A stretch of 64,000 bases of DNA from Mobula hypostoma (Eukaryota), in contig NC_086125.1 in NCBI RefSeq assembly GCF_963921235.1, forward strand, positions 10,540,001 through 10,604,000. The letters run 5' to 3'. The notes under the pieces were generated by a model. That model did not search any database. It saw only the letters and a program-made list of their open reading frames with translations, and was not told the origin of the DNA. Below, in pieces: positions 23,731-38,700 of this stretch. The position numbers were made by a program, and so were the translations under genes. Position 1 is the stretch's first letter. Every line of letters starts with the position of its first letter.

Positions 23731-26700
23731 CTGGAAGGGAAAGAGTTCACTCTGAAACTGCACTCACATCCGTACAGATCTCACAATAAATGGAACGACT
23801 GGAGGTCTCCTACTTTGGTACACGTAGAAGAGCGGAGTACTAGTGAATATGTAGGAGAATGGCTGGTATAGATCTGCAAAGGGACCGTGACGTACTTGTT
23901 AACAAGTCACCAATAGGTGGTGCAGTCACCAATTAGAAGGGCAAATGTAATGTTAACCTTAATTATGAGAGGGTTTGATAATACTTCTAAAATAGTCTTA
24001 TTGCAATTCTATCTATACTCGCTGTGTTGTGTACAGGTACTACATCTTCCACCCATGAAGAGATGTACTTGCCATTGAAAGAATGCAGACAGATTTACTG
24101 GATGAGTTCCAGGGGTGCTGGGTTTGTTCGATGAGGAGAGATTTCCTGCCAGTGTTAGGCCTTAGAAGAATGAGGGATCTCATCCAAACATACAATCCTT
24201 TGAAGGTTTGTCAAGTCAGGCGCCAAGAGAATGCCTTCTGCAATTTGGGAAGTCTAGCACAAGAGGGACAATTTGTGAATAAGGGGCAGATCACTAAGAC
24301 TGAGGTGAAAAGTTTCTTCATTTGGGGGTTAATGGACCCTTGGTATTCTCAGATTCCAGAGCTGGGGAGGCTTAGTCATTGTGTTAATTCAGAGCAGACA
24401 GCGACTTTGAGGAGTATGGGAATAGTAGAGGAAAATGGTACCGAGGAAGATTGGCCACGATCTTGACGAACAAGTGCAGCAGGCTCGAGGGGCCAGAAGG
24501 CCAGCTCCTGCTCCTGTTCCAAGACAACAAAAATTACCCAGTGTTGCTCAGGTCCAGCAACATCATCCAGGACTAGGTACCTAATTACTCACAGGTCGTG
24601 GTAATTGTTTATTAAAGTTCTGAGTTACTCCAGGGAACAGCAGTCATTCTCACCTCAGAGACTTTGACACTGCCTGACAAGGGTGGACATAAACTGAAGG
24701 ACGATCTGTAGGAAGGATTAGATAGGAGCTGAGGGTCAAGAGGTTAGGCCAGGCCTTGCATTAGATAATGGGCTCTATCTTGATGTCTAAATTGTTGTCC
24801 CTGATCTCACAACTTAACTAACAGTGCAGAGAAGTCAGTGAGAACAACATACTCTACAAGAACAAAATATAAAAAAAAAATACTCTGTTGGAAGTTGGGA
24901 ATGGGTGGCACAATTGGAGATAAATCCTATTTAGTTCCAATTTACAGTCCCGATCCTGAAGAGATCTAGGATCAGTTAAGTGGATTGTCCACATGTTCTT
25001 CTTCCACATCAGAGCTGAATTAAGGTGGACCATCCTTGGCCAGCAACCTGCCAAGTTCCATTGTGGTGTCGACCTCTTACCTGAACAACACTTAACTTTT
25101 CTAGTGGACTTTCCACACAGGGGAGGGCGAGCATCACACGGACTGGTTTCGAGACGTTCCCCACCTTCTTACAGACAGGGTCTGACCCTCTAAACCTGTG
25201 CACGACGCAGCAGACCTGTCGGAAGTCATTGAAGAGTCTTAGAGCTCATTCTTCGATTTCTGCGAACTATCAGAGCAGCCTATCGGGGGCATTCTGGAGT
25301 CACAAGGCGCCAAAGCGACTAACAATCTGCTGGAGGAACTCAGCAGGTCGAGCCACCCCTGAGGAAGGCAGGGAATTGTTGACATTTCGGGTTGAAACTC
25401 TGCACCCTGCTAAAGGGCTTTGAGTCCAAACGCTGACAATTCTCCCCTCCTTGCGCCCCCCCCCCCACACACACACACACACACACACACACAGCAGATT
25501 GTTTGCTGAAAGTCACAATCTGCCGGAAACAGCACGGAGTAGGCCCTTTGAGCCACCCTACAACCCTGGTTAACCCCAACCTAATCACAGGACAAATTCC
25601 GATGACCAGTTAGCCTTCCCGGTACGTCTTTGGACTGTGGAAGGAAACTGGAGCTCCCCGGGGAAACCTATGCATTCACAGGGAGGACGTACAGAATCCT
25701 TACCGATGATGCTGGAATTGAACTCTGAACTCCGACGCCCCGAGCTGCCATAGCGTTGCACTAACCCCTCAGCTGCCGTGGTGCCCAACTGAGTACCAAC
25801 TCTGTATATTTAGACTGAATGCGCATCGCTCCCCTTGGTAAATGGGAAGTGGCCACAACTGGCATTGCAACACCAAAGCCGGAACTGAATGAGAGATTGA
25901 GCTTGGAGATAACAGTTGGATTGAATTCAGGCTGAAATTTGAGTAATTTGCCTTATGATAAATGGATCAATCTGAGGGCCTTTCCTGGCTCAAACCTGCA
26001 GTGTATGCCTGGGACAAGCGTGGCCGAGACTAACCCCCCACCTCCCCGGCTGATTCCCAGACCAGTGGCTGGTCTCATTCTCTGCCCCGGCACCCAATCG
26101 CTTGGACGACCTGCGAGATTCCCGGCACTCACCAGAAACACCGCAACGGCAGCTCCGGTCACGAATCCCACCAGCACATCGGACCAGTGGTTCCGATACT
26201 CAGACACCCGCACCACCCCGGTGAGGAAGGTCAGGCACAGGAGAGTGAGGCACACCGCGGGCTTGGTCAGCCGCGTCCCCTTCGCCTGGAACATGATTGT
26301 GACGTACATCTGTGAACAGGAAGAAGCCGCACTCACACAGCGGTCTCTGTGGGACTAACCAGACATGAAAGGCTTTCAAGTTCTTAACATCAGTTCCAAC
26401 ATATTGTATCTTACACCAACTGATCTCCATTGCCATGGTCAGGTGGTTGAACTTCCTCCACCTTGCTGACTTACACAGTTGCAAGGAGTAGCGGGTGGAG
26501 ACTGATAAGAGAAATACCATACAATGTGGAAGCAGGACACTTTGGTCCATCGGTTTTATGCTAACTCACAGAACAATAGCGCTCCCCAATAACCTTCCCT
26601 GGAAACGCTCTCCTCACATTCCCTCAAGGTCCAAGTTTCCACCCGTGCAAGTCCTTTGCAAAGAGAGTAGTGGCTGTGTGGAGTGTGCCACTGAGCTGGT

Positions 26701-29700
26701 GGAAGAGGCAGGTACGTTAGGAGTGTTCAGGAAGCTCTCAGATTGGCTCATAGATGATAGGAAAAATAGAGGGCTATGTAGGAGGGAAGAGCTAGATTGA
26801 TTTTAGAGAAGGTTAAAAGGTCAGCACAACACTATAGACGGAGGGTCTGTACCCTATGTTCTACATACCTCTTCTCTACACGCCAGGGGTACTGTACCCT
26901 GCCGTAGTGCTCCAAGTTCTACATACCTCTTCTCTACACACCAGAGGTACTGACAGTGGGCAATTAACCTAGCAACTGTAAGCATTTCTCCGCACTCTTT
27001 CAACCTTGGGAAAGATGGAAATAAGGTTGAAGGAGTACAGGGAAAATTTACAGGGATGTGGCAGGGTCTGAATGACCTGAGATATAAGGAAAGATGGAAT
27101 AGGTTAGCACTTTATTCCTTGCAGTGTAGAAGACTGAGGGGAGATTTGACAGAAGTTTAGAAAATCATGAGGGGTATAGACAGGGTAAATGATGGGGGAG
27201 TCTAGTACGAGAGGGCATGACTTAAGGATTGAAGGGCGCCCATTCAGAACAGAAATGCGAAGAAATTTTTTTAGTCAGAGGGTGGTGAATCTATGGAATT
27301 TGTTGCCACGGGCAGCAGTGGAGGCCAAGTCATTGGGTGTATTTAAGGCAGAGATTGATAGGTATCTGAGTAGCCAGGGCATCAAAAGTTATGGCGAGAA
27401 GGCGGGGGAGTGGGACTAAATGGGAGAATGGATCAGCTCATGATAAAATGGCAGAGCAGACTCGATGGGCCGAATGGCCGACTTCTGCTCCTTTGTCTTG
27501 TGGTCTTGTGGTCTAAATGCAAGCAGGCTGTTTCCACTGAGGTTGGATGGGATTGCAACTAGAGGTCATAGGTTAAGGGTGAAAGGTAAAAAGTTCAGGG
27601 GGAACATGAGGGAAAACTTCTTCACTCAGAGGGTTATGAGAGTGTGGAACGAGCTGCCAGCACAATTGGTGCACGCGAGCCCGATTTCAACGTTTAAGTT
27701 GGATAGGTACATGGATGGTAGGGGCATGGGGAACTATGGTTCCAGTGCATGTTGATGGGAGTTCAAAAATTCAGCATGGATTAGATTGGCCAAAGGGCCT
27801 GTTTTTTTTGCTGTACTTTTCTATGGCTGTATTTGGGACGTGGAGGAAACCAGAGCACCTGGGGAAACCCACACAGTGAAAGGGAGGACGTGCAAACTCC
27901 ACATGGACAGCACCCAAGGTCAGGCCTGGATCCGGGTTACTGGAGTTGTGATGTAGTGTCTCTGCCAGCCGATAGTGACCACCACATTGTCTGCGTGGCT
28001 TGGATGTGCAGCTGGAATTCTAGATCACTGATCCAGAGACAAGATTAAATCCCACCTATACAACTGGGGTTCTTCAACAGAAGTAATTAAATCAATTTTT
28101 AATTTAAGTAGTAACGGTAACCATGAAGTGATTAGCTTTATTGAACCTGTTATGTTTTGTAATTTCAAAACATTAAACTAATTCAAATAAAGACATGGGG
28201 AGTCTGAAACGTGGAAATAACTTCACCTTTAGTTTAAGCAAGGTATGTACACATCACGTGGTAGCGTGATGACGTTTGCAATTACCGTAATTTTACTTAT
28301 AACCTGTGTTAATTCTTTAAATCATATGTCCCGGGGAGGAAATCTGCTGTCCTTGCCTGGTTTGCGCTCTGTATGTGACTCCAGACACACTAACGTGGTT
28401 AAATTCTTATCTGCCTCTTAGTTCAGGGTCAATTCAGGATGGCTACTGTGTTTAACGGGAGATGTATTAAAAATAAAAATTCTATCAGGCCCATCAAATT
28501 GAACAAAGCCTGATTTTATCGTGGTCCAAATCGCACATCAGGTGCTTTGATCATACACACACACACACAAGAGATTCTGCAGATGCTGGAAATCCAGAGC
28601 AACACACACAGAACGCTGGAGGAACTCAGCAGGCCAGGGAGCATCAGTGGAGGGGAATAAACAGTTGACTTTTCGGGCCCAAAACACTGACACTTTATTC
28701 ACCTCCATAGGCGCTGCCTGACCTGCTGAGTTCCCCCAGCACTTTGTGATAACCCACATGCACTTCATCTCCCAGCACCACTGTTTGAACTGTGCGCACG
28801 TACAACTCTGACTCCTCGTCACAGACACCGCTGTGGTGAGTATTTCAGAAGCCTGCTTCTTGACTCATTTTGCTTTTGCCCCTCTGTTTCTGCTTAGTTA
28901 CTCTGATTGGGTGGCTGTTTGCCCTCAGTTTTGCACAGAACATGGGAGAGTACAGCACAAGAACAGGCCATTCTACCCACAATGTTTTGCCGGACCAGCT
29001 AAAGAGCGAATCAAAAACACGAAAACACTCATCCCTTTGACCAACACAAATGTCCATATCCCTCCGTCTTCCTCATATTCATGTGCCTATCCAAACATCT
29101 CTTAAAAGCCTCTAATGTGTTTGGCTCTACCACCATACCAGGCAGCACATTCCAGCCATCCACCACTCTCCGTAAAAATCTTACCCCTCACATTCCCCTT
29201 TGAACCTACCCCCTCTCATCTTCAATGCATGCTCTCTGGTACTAGACATTTCTATCCCTGTCTACGCTATCTATGCCTCTCATAATCTTATAAACCTCTA
29301 TCAGATCTCCCCTCTGCCTCTGGCGCTCCAGACAAAACAACCCAAGTTCATCCAGCTTCTTGTGATAGCACTCGCCTTCTAACAGTCAGCATCTTGGTGA
29401 AGCTCCTCTGCACCCTCTTCAATACCCCAACATCCTTCCTACAACTGGGTGACCAGAACTGTTTCATTCCATCACCTTCCACCAGAAATCTGGATAAATT
29501 GTAGGCCGTATCTCGGGTAATGATGAGTTTGAGTACAGAGAGGAAATTAAGAACCTGGTGGCATGGTGCGAAGACAATAACCTATCCCTCAACGTCAGCA
29601 AGACGAAGGAATTGGTTGTTGACTTCAGAAGGAGTAGCGGACCGCACGACCGAATTTACATCGGTGGTGCGCAAGTGAAACAGGTCAAAAGCTTTAAGTT

Positions 29701-32700
29701 CCTTGGGGTCAATATCACAAATGACCTGACTTGGTCCAACCAAGGAGAGTTCACTGCCAAGAAGGCCCACCAGCGCCTTTACTTCCTGAGAAAACTAAAG
29801 AAGTTTGGCCTATCCCCTAAAACCCTCATTAACTTTTATAGATGCACCTAGAAAGCATTCTTCGAGGGTGCATCACAATCTGGTATAAAAGTTGTCCTGT
29901 CCAAGACCGGAAGAAGCTGCAGAAGATCGTGAACACGGCGCAGCACATCACACAAACCAATCTTCCGTCTTTGGACTCACTTTACACCACACGCTGTCGG
30001 AGCAGTGCTGCCCGGATAATCAAGGACACGACCCACCCAGCCAACACACTTTTCGTCCCTCTTCCCTCCGGGAGAAGGCTCAGGAGCTTGAAGACTCGTA
30101 CGGCCAGATTTGGGAACAGCTTCTTTCCAACTGTGATAAGACTGCTGAATGGATCCTGACCCGGATCTGGGCCGTACCCTCCAAATATCCGGACCTGCCT
30201 CTTGTTTTTTTTTGCACTACCTTACTTCCTATTTTTCTATTTTCTATTTATGATTTATAATTTAAATTTTTAATATTTACTAATTTAAACTATTTTTAAT
30301 ATCTTTAATATTTAATATTTGTAATCCTGGGAGTGTGAAGCGCAGAATCAAATATCGCTGTGATGATTGTACGTTCTAGTACCAATTGTTTGGCGACAAT
30401 GAAGTATAAAGTATAAAGTATAAGTGACTACCTTCCCCACCGTCCTGTTACTGCCCATTTATACCAAGCCTGTAGGTAGCTGAGCTAGGTTCATACTGGA
30501 CTGATGATGACACATTTTATACCTGTCCCATCTCTTGTCCCAAATAAACATCATGAGACAGAAGCACGATTAGGCAATTTAGTCCATCGAGTCTGCACCA
30601 CCATTCAATCATAGTTGCTTTTTTTCCCCTCTCAACACCGTTCTCCTGCCTTCTCCCTGGAACCTTTACTAATCAATAACTTATTAATCTCTGTTTTAAA
30701 TATATCCAATGACTTGGTCTACACAGCCATCTGTGGCAATGAATTCCCCAGATTCACTACCCTCTGGCTAAAGAAATTCCTCCTCATCTCTGTTCTAAAG
30801 GGACGTCCTTTGCCCTGTGGTCCTAGACTCCCCCACTCTAGGAAACATCCTCTGTATGCCCACTCTATCCCAATGTTCAATAGGTTTTAATGAGATCCCC
30901 TCCCCAACCCGCAATTCTTCTAACCTCCAGCGAGAACAGGCCCAGACCCATCAGGGCTATTCGATATCTGGAGTGGTCCACACATGTGTAGACAGTGGCC
31001 ATCCAAAAGAACATCTTCTGAAGGGCAGTCAGGGATGAGTGATAAATGCTGGATTTGTCATCTGCTTACCCATTCAGTGAATACACTATGGCTCTCTCAC
31101 TCTCACACACATATACATGACTGCCTAAACTTACACTCATCCAAACACATCCTGCGGCAACGAAGGTCCTCTGTCTGTCTGACCATACCATTGCATGCAG
31201 ATAAAGAAGGATTCCTCCTTGCTGATTCTGTAACAGTTTGTTTTTTGACCAATCAGGTTGTTAGCCCTGAGCTGAACCCCTGAAGCTGGACCACTCTTCG
31301 TCTGACCTCTACCCTTTGACCTGTCTGGTATGGGTGGCCCCACCAAGAGCCAAAACACAAGGTTCTGACTTTAGCTAACATCTCTCTCTGGATCATGCAA
31401 GCCTCCAAACCCTACGACAAGGTTGTGGTCCTCGTGAAGGAAAAAGACATCATATCATACTTCTATAAACTTATGACATCCGTTCAGACATCTTGAGTGG
31501 AGATCCTCACTTTGTTTCATTCCCCCCTGACATAATCTCTCATCCTGTGCTCACCCACCTGATTCTTCCTGACATCTGTTGGCGGGCAGCATGTGATTCA
31601 GTCTCCCTCAAATGTTTCAGCTGCTTTCTCCTCATTTCCTGGCCATGCCCTCAGTGTCTTGCAGGCCACCAGCCCTGTGAATAACTTGCTGCTCCTTCAC
31701 CGCTCACCTGAACCCTGTCCATCAGCCTCCCGTCCTCAGCTCTCTCCCCCGGCAGAAAGTTCTGCTCCCCGGATGTACCCGTGGCCTGCTGCCCGCAATC
31801 AGAGCCTGGTAAATGGCCACTGATTGAAGTCAGAATAATCCTCTCAGGACTGAACACGTAGGGGTCTGTGGCTGTCACTGACAGCCCTAATGTGGGCCTG
31901 CTCATGGATCCAATAAAACTTTCTGGCAGAGATGGTATTGCTATATTCCTGTGAAAAGTGCATCATAATTTTTGTTGTGTGCGTGATCATTTGGGCCACG
32001 TGCCTGACTCACCACTGTATAGACGGCAGCGTACATGCTCAGCGCTGCATCCTTGCAAGGGAAAGCTCGCCTGGCACTGGACACCAGTCTCGGGCTTCCG
32101 GTGCAGGCATCTGGGGAGATGATGAACTGGGAAGGCTGGTTGCAGCCCAGAGCCGTGTAGTTGGGTTGACAGACGGTGAGGAAATGTGGCGTGGGGCTTC
32201 CCATCACCACCTGCCCCGCGTTCACAAATATATCGGTGGCAAACAGGCCAAATGCGTAAACCCCTGGAAGAGAAGCGAAGGTTAGGAGGACCAGTAAAGA
32301 ACTCGTGTCATCTATTCATTGCCCACCCTTGACCTGTGGCTCCATTTGTTGCTCATTCCCCTTTCTAACCTCCTCAGCACACTCATGTATGGCATGACCT
32401 GTCTGGATGGTGCGCAGAAAAGCTTTTCGTGGTAACTCGGTACATGTGACAATAATAAAACAGTACCACACATCCCAAATCCCAGATTGAGGATCTCGTC
32501 CCAGACTGAACCGATAATGTTCCAGGGTAACATTCACGGATTCCATTTTATTGAGTCCTTTGGGTTGGGAACGTAAAACTTCCCCAAAGTTCTTCCTGGC
32601 AAAAGATTTTTTTTTGTAGATCTGAACGGATGTTTCCAATTAGACCGGCAATTTTATTCTGGGTGTCAAGGTGGAGGTGCGACTCCACCAAAGGAGATGT

Positions 32701-35700
32701 AAGGTGCTCCTTCCCTCCACTATCCTGCAGGTCACCCTTGGACAAGGCGTAGCACCTTCTTAGCCCCACAGCCCCCCCCCAACCCCAATCAGGGTCACGT
32801 GAAGTCATGGGAGCATTTGGCGGATGGTGCATATCACAAGTCCTGGTTACGTGACTATTAACGCAAGGCAGCCAATCTTTCAATCTCTGAAGAGTATTGA
32901 AAATGGCTGGGTGGGGTGGGGTGGGGGGGGGTGGTGATACCCGTCTTGTGAAGAGACTGCCCAGAAGGCGGCAATGGCATAGAACTTCTGTAGAAGAAAT
33001 TGCCAAGAACAGTAATGGTCATGGATAGATCCTGATTGCCCATGTCATTTGAAATGCATTTAACGAATGTGCAAATTTAATTAAAAATCAGTACCCCACC
33101 ACCAACACTGGTCTACAAACCCATGACCGAGGAATCTGTACCAGGTATACAATTAACGCTGGGTTTGGGTAGCCGGGATCCAGAGGGAGGGCTTGGGCTT
33201 TGCTCTGGGCACCGCCCTTGGGATGTCTGGGCTGCTCTCCTCGTCTCTTTGCCTTGCTCATGGCTGCCTCCCAGCCTCAGTGATACTGTGTTCTGATCCA
33301 CTCACTGCGCTTGCCCTTACCCTCAACAAGAGCACGTGTGTTGCCACCCAGTGGTTGGGGAAATTCCAGGGGTTATAAGCAGCTGTGACGTACGGGTTTG
33401 GATGTGTTTGCTACTCCGGCCAATTCTAGAGCAGAGGGCGGCCTTGGGGTAAGAACAGGAGGAAGGTGGTTCAGCCTTAATCCTGTTGTAGAAGTAGTAC
33501 AGGAGATCATTCAGCCCCTCAAGCCTTTTCTACCCATAGCTGGCCAACTATACAGCCTGTGTATACTACAGCCCCTCAAACCTTCATCCTTTAGAGAAGG
33601 TAAGAGCATTAGAAATCAGCATCCAAAATGCAAGTGTCACGCCGAGGGGTTGGGGTGTGAGGGAGGCCGTTCCTTTCCTCAGCTTTGATCTGATTTGCGC
33701 TCCTGGGGTTCTGAGATCTCACCTCGTCGAGGCACCACTGAGATGGAGGGCTGAGGCTGATACATCCCTACTCTCTCTTTGCCCTCGCTACCTCACACAC
33801 ATTGTGGCCTGACCCCACACCGAGGGCACCCCTACCGCCCCCCCCCAGCTTACTCCGATGGTATCTCTACCCACTGCGAGATGGGTGTCTCCGTCTTCAC
33901 CCACCCACTCCCCCCATCCGTGGAAGTAGATCGTGTCTACCTCCCTGAACCCAGAGTGAATGAAGGAAGCTACAATATGAGGAGGCGTCTCAGCGAATTT
34001 CCCTTCCCTTGCTATACCCACTACTTGTAACGAGTGGACTACAGTGAACCAACGGAGAGGAACGGAAACCAAACAGACCCAAGAACCTGATGACCCTGCG
34101 GACCAGAGGGTTCAGGGTGCAGCAATCCGCTGTCACGATGGTGCGCTCGCGGCGGATAAATTCTGACCGAAAGGTGAACGTGGCCAACTCGCCCAGAACT
34201 ATCTGCAAGAGAAAGGCGGAGAAATTTGCTGCTTCGTTGAAAAAAAAAACACTTCAAGACGAGTATAAAACCTTTCCGTATACAACTGGTTGTGGGTAAT
34301 GGTGGGGGCTGAACCGGTGATGGGACGAGTGGGGTGGGGGTGGGGTGGAGAGGAAGGGTGTTCTGGGACTGCTTGGCAATATGACATTCCCATTAGTCTG
34401 AACAGCTCCGGGTAAAGTCAATAAAACATCACACTCAGGGCCACCAACTACATGAGCATCAGCAGCAAAAAACTTTGTTCAGTGGAGAATACTTTAGACT
34501 TCAGTTGGCAAGATCAAGTCGTCAGTGACAGGACTGGGACGCCTTGCAACACCACAACTCTGCTCCCAGGAATAGCCCCCGCTCCATCAGTGCCAGTGGA
34601 TATGCAACCACACCCTCCCCCCCCACCCTGTGCCACCGGTGCCAGTGACTAGAATGTTAGAATTCTGAGCTTTCTGTGTGTGGGGGGGGGGGAGGGAAGA
34701 TACTGCAGAGGATCGAAAGAAGCTACAGGGAGTTGTAAAATTAGCTCCATCTTGGGTACCAAACTCCATAGTATCCAAGACATCTTCAAGGAGCAGTGCC
34801 TCAGAAAGGTGGCATCCATCATTAAGGACCCCCACCACCCAGGTCATGCCCTGTTCTCATTGCTACCATCAGGGAGGAGGTACAGAAGCCTGAAGGCACA
34901 CACCCAGTGATTCAGGAACAGCTTCCTCCCCTCTGCCATCCGATTTTTAAACGGGCATTGAACCCATGAACAATACCTCAGTTTTTAAAATTATTTCTGC
35001 TTTTGCATTATTTTTAATTTAACTATTTTATATACATTTACTGTAATTCATTTATTTATTTTTTTCTCTATATTTATAATGTATTGCATTGTACTGGTGC
35101 TGCAAAGTTAACAAATTTCACAATATATGCCGGTGATATTAAACCTGATCCTGGTAAAACGAGTATTTCCCCCAGAGTGTAGCACTGTATATGAACATCA
35201 AATGGTTCTTACTGTTGCCATGGGAATGGCTGACGCTAACGACTGGAGCAGGACTGGTGGAAGAACGCTCATCTCCTCCGGCCCTGGGTATGGCTTCATG
35301 TAGGCACTGTCATAGCAGAAGAAACCCTGCCAGTGCACGGTGAATGTGTCCGTGTACTCAAAGTAGTACGTGAGCAAGACCATCCCAACCATAATCAGTA
35401 GCTGGAACACAATGCAACGTTAGTGAGAGGGTGGCAGAGAAAGATTATGGGAGGGAGAGATTGAGGGAGAAAGAGAACGGGGGTATAAGAGGGAGAGACA
35501 AAGGAATGGGCAAGGGGGTAGAGGAACAGAGGGAAAGGGAAAGAAAGAGTGAGAGATGGAGTGAAAATGGGATGGGAGAGGGCAGGGAAGAGAGTGAGGC
35601 AGAGGGAGAGAGGAAAATGGGAGAAGGGGGCAGAGTGGAGAGAGAGTTACGCAGAGGATTATGGAATGAAACTGAAAGTTTGAAACACAGCATTGGAGAA

Positions 35701-38700
35701 ACGTGAAGCGAAGTGGATTGAAGGAAAAGAGAAATTAAAGAAGAGAGCACAAATCAAAGGGAGTGGGGAGAAACAGGCAAAAAATACTTGAGCCGGAAAA
35801 AGCTCAGTAAGTGGGTGGGGGTGGGAGGAAGGGAGATAGGAAGATAATTTCAGTGAGAGGAGAGAAATAAACAGAGTAAAACAGAGTGATATAAAAACAA
35901 ACAAAACAGTATAAAGATTAATTATACACAGACAATGAAATAAAGAGAGAGATATTCAAATGGGGCAGTGGGGAATCCATAAATGGGCACTGTGACAGAG
36001 AATACATATCTTGAAAGACTGCAGTGTAAATTGTAATCACCAAGGGAGTTTGGAGATTCAAATATTTACAATCCAGTACTGATTTAACTAAGAGTACAGA
36101 GTTCTAGGTCATTAATCCAAAGAGAGTGTGTTGAAATCTCACCATGGACCATGAGAAACTTAAAAATAAATATGACATTTTGGAAAAGAAAAAATATGGC
36201 TTGTCTGAAACCCATCTGGTCCACCATGGTAAAGAGATTCCAGTAAAGATTTGCAGTCTTACATAGTTAACTCATTTGTCACTTCAAACCCATCTGTGTA
36301 TTTTGGCCTATTTATTCAGTTCTGGAACAACTAGAACGTGACAATAAATGTAATGTCTACATCAATGTAGATTAAATATTAGTAAATAATTAGGACCATT
36401 TCTCCGTGGAAGAGGTTTTTGCTCCTGCATGTACTGGTGCTTTAGTCAATTATTTTGATTTCATGTCCCCGTTTATTGACCCTCCCTATCAAATGGGAAG
36501 TCTCTCTCGATCTACTCTTTATGATCTGGGAGCCCTCCTTTGGTATCTCCCCAGCTTCTTCATGATTTGAAACTTGTCCTTCCGCATCTCCCCAGTTTCT
36601 CCATATGGCTCCTTCATCCCTAGAAGAATTCAAGTAAATCTCATCTATGCCAACTGTTGAATAAGTTAATCAGGAATAAATTAAGAAAAAGAGCTATAAA
36701 ACAGAATTGCACAAGTGTTAAATTCTGAAAGCAGCATACAATGAACCCCCGACTAAGGGATGAGATCAGAGCTACTTGGTGCTGTCACCCTACTGTGAAA
36801 CCTGGTGAGCCTTCAAGGGGACGAGGAGGCTTTAAGAGCATCCTGATCTCCAAGATGATTATGCCCAGCGTGAGTGCCAGGCAACTCGGTGACTGACACT
36901 CAGTTTGAAATTCTGTCAGGAGCTCTCTGCCCTAGAACTCATCGCGGCCTTGGTCCAAACCTGGACCTCAGGGCTGGATCAGGATGTGAAGAGGGAAGGG
37001 CTGCCTGTGACACCAACACAATGACGGTGATGACTGGCTAGTCGTCTGAGCCCCAGGGCAGTGTGTGAGGTCGAACACTCCTCAGCAGCTCCCAACAATC
37101 TTGCGGCCACGTAGTATCAGAAGATTCACAACTCCTCAAATAACCGGCAGTATCTGTACACTGAGATTTCAGTCTGGAAAACAGAACACCTTCTGAGACT
37201 GAGCAAAGCTATACATGACACCTATAACAGTTTTGACCTACAGATCAGCTCCAGTCCCAGTGTTTACTGTTACAGTTTCGTGTTTCCACCTCTACAGTCT
37301 TACCAACTGCACCTCTACCCCAGGTCAGCTGTGAAGGTGGAGGGAGAGAGGGAAAGCATGATATGGTGGTTCAGGAGCTGGGGGGTGGTTGTTTGTTGGG
37401 AGAGAGAGAATGGTACTGATTCCCAGAATGAGAAGTGTTGTAAGATAAACATTTGGAAATAGGAACACAAGGGATTCTGCAGATGCTGGAGATCCAAAGC
37501 AACACACAGGAAATGCTGGAGGAACTCAGCAGGCCGGGCAGCATCTATGGAGGAGTTAAAAAAAAACAGTTGATGTTTTGGACCCAAAATGTCAATTCTT
37601 TATTCCTCTCTGTAGAATCCGCCCAACCCGCTGAGCTCTGCCAGCATTGTGTGTGTGTTACATCAGAAATTAAGCCACGAGTAGGCCACTCGGCCCCTCA
37701 GACCTGCACCTTCATTTGATATGATCATGGCTGATTTGTCCTTAGGCCTCATCTCTTTTTCTGCCAATTCCATGCAGCCCTCACTTCCCCATATTTCAAA
37801 AAAAAAAAAAATCCCCCCCCACCTTTATTTATGAGATACAGCATGGAACAGGACCTTCCTGTCCTTCGAGCCACACTGCCCAGCAAACCCCCGATTAAAT
37901 CCTAGCTTAACCACAGGACAATTTACAACCATCAATTAACCTGCCAGCTGGTACATCTTCGGACTGTGGGAGGAAACCGGAGCACCCAGAAGAAACCTAC
38001 ATGATCATGGGGAGAACGTACAAACTCCTTATACGTAGCAGTGGGAAATGAACCCAGGTCATCAGCTGTGTAAAGCGTTGTGCTAACCACTACGTTATTG
38101 TGCCGCCTTCTTTAAATATAACCAATAATTTGGCCTCCGCAATCGTTTGGGATAGAGAATTCCAGTAACTCAGCACCCTCTGTGAGAAGATGTTCCTGGA
38201 ATCCAGAGGTTTGAATGACCGTGGCCTAACTTTGTAACTCTGTACCCCTTGTTAGACATTCTCCCAGCAATAGAAACATCTCTATATCTACCCTGTCAAA
38301 TTCCCTCAGTGATTTATATATTTCAATAAGATGTACAGCGAAGCTCTTCAAATACAAATCTCATTTCTTTAGCTGCTGGGGATAGGACAGCCCAATTTTC
38401 CATTTTACGCCACCCTTGCCAGTATATCTTTTACATAACAGGACCAAAAGTGTGCACTTTATGTGGCTCCACAGATACCCTGTATGCTTGTAACATCAGA
38501 GCTTGTAAGAAAGAGAGGTGATTTCGTTAAAATGTTTAAAATTATAAAAGAAGATACTGATTTTTTTTTCCCAGCTAGAATCTACGTTTCGGAAACATTG
38601 TCTCAGGGTGTTTGAGCACTCAAGAGTGAAATTCTGTTCTTAACGGAGTGTGAATCCCTGGAGTCTCTAACCTCACTCTTGTGTTCCTCAAGGCATAATC

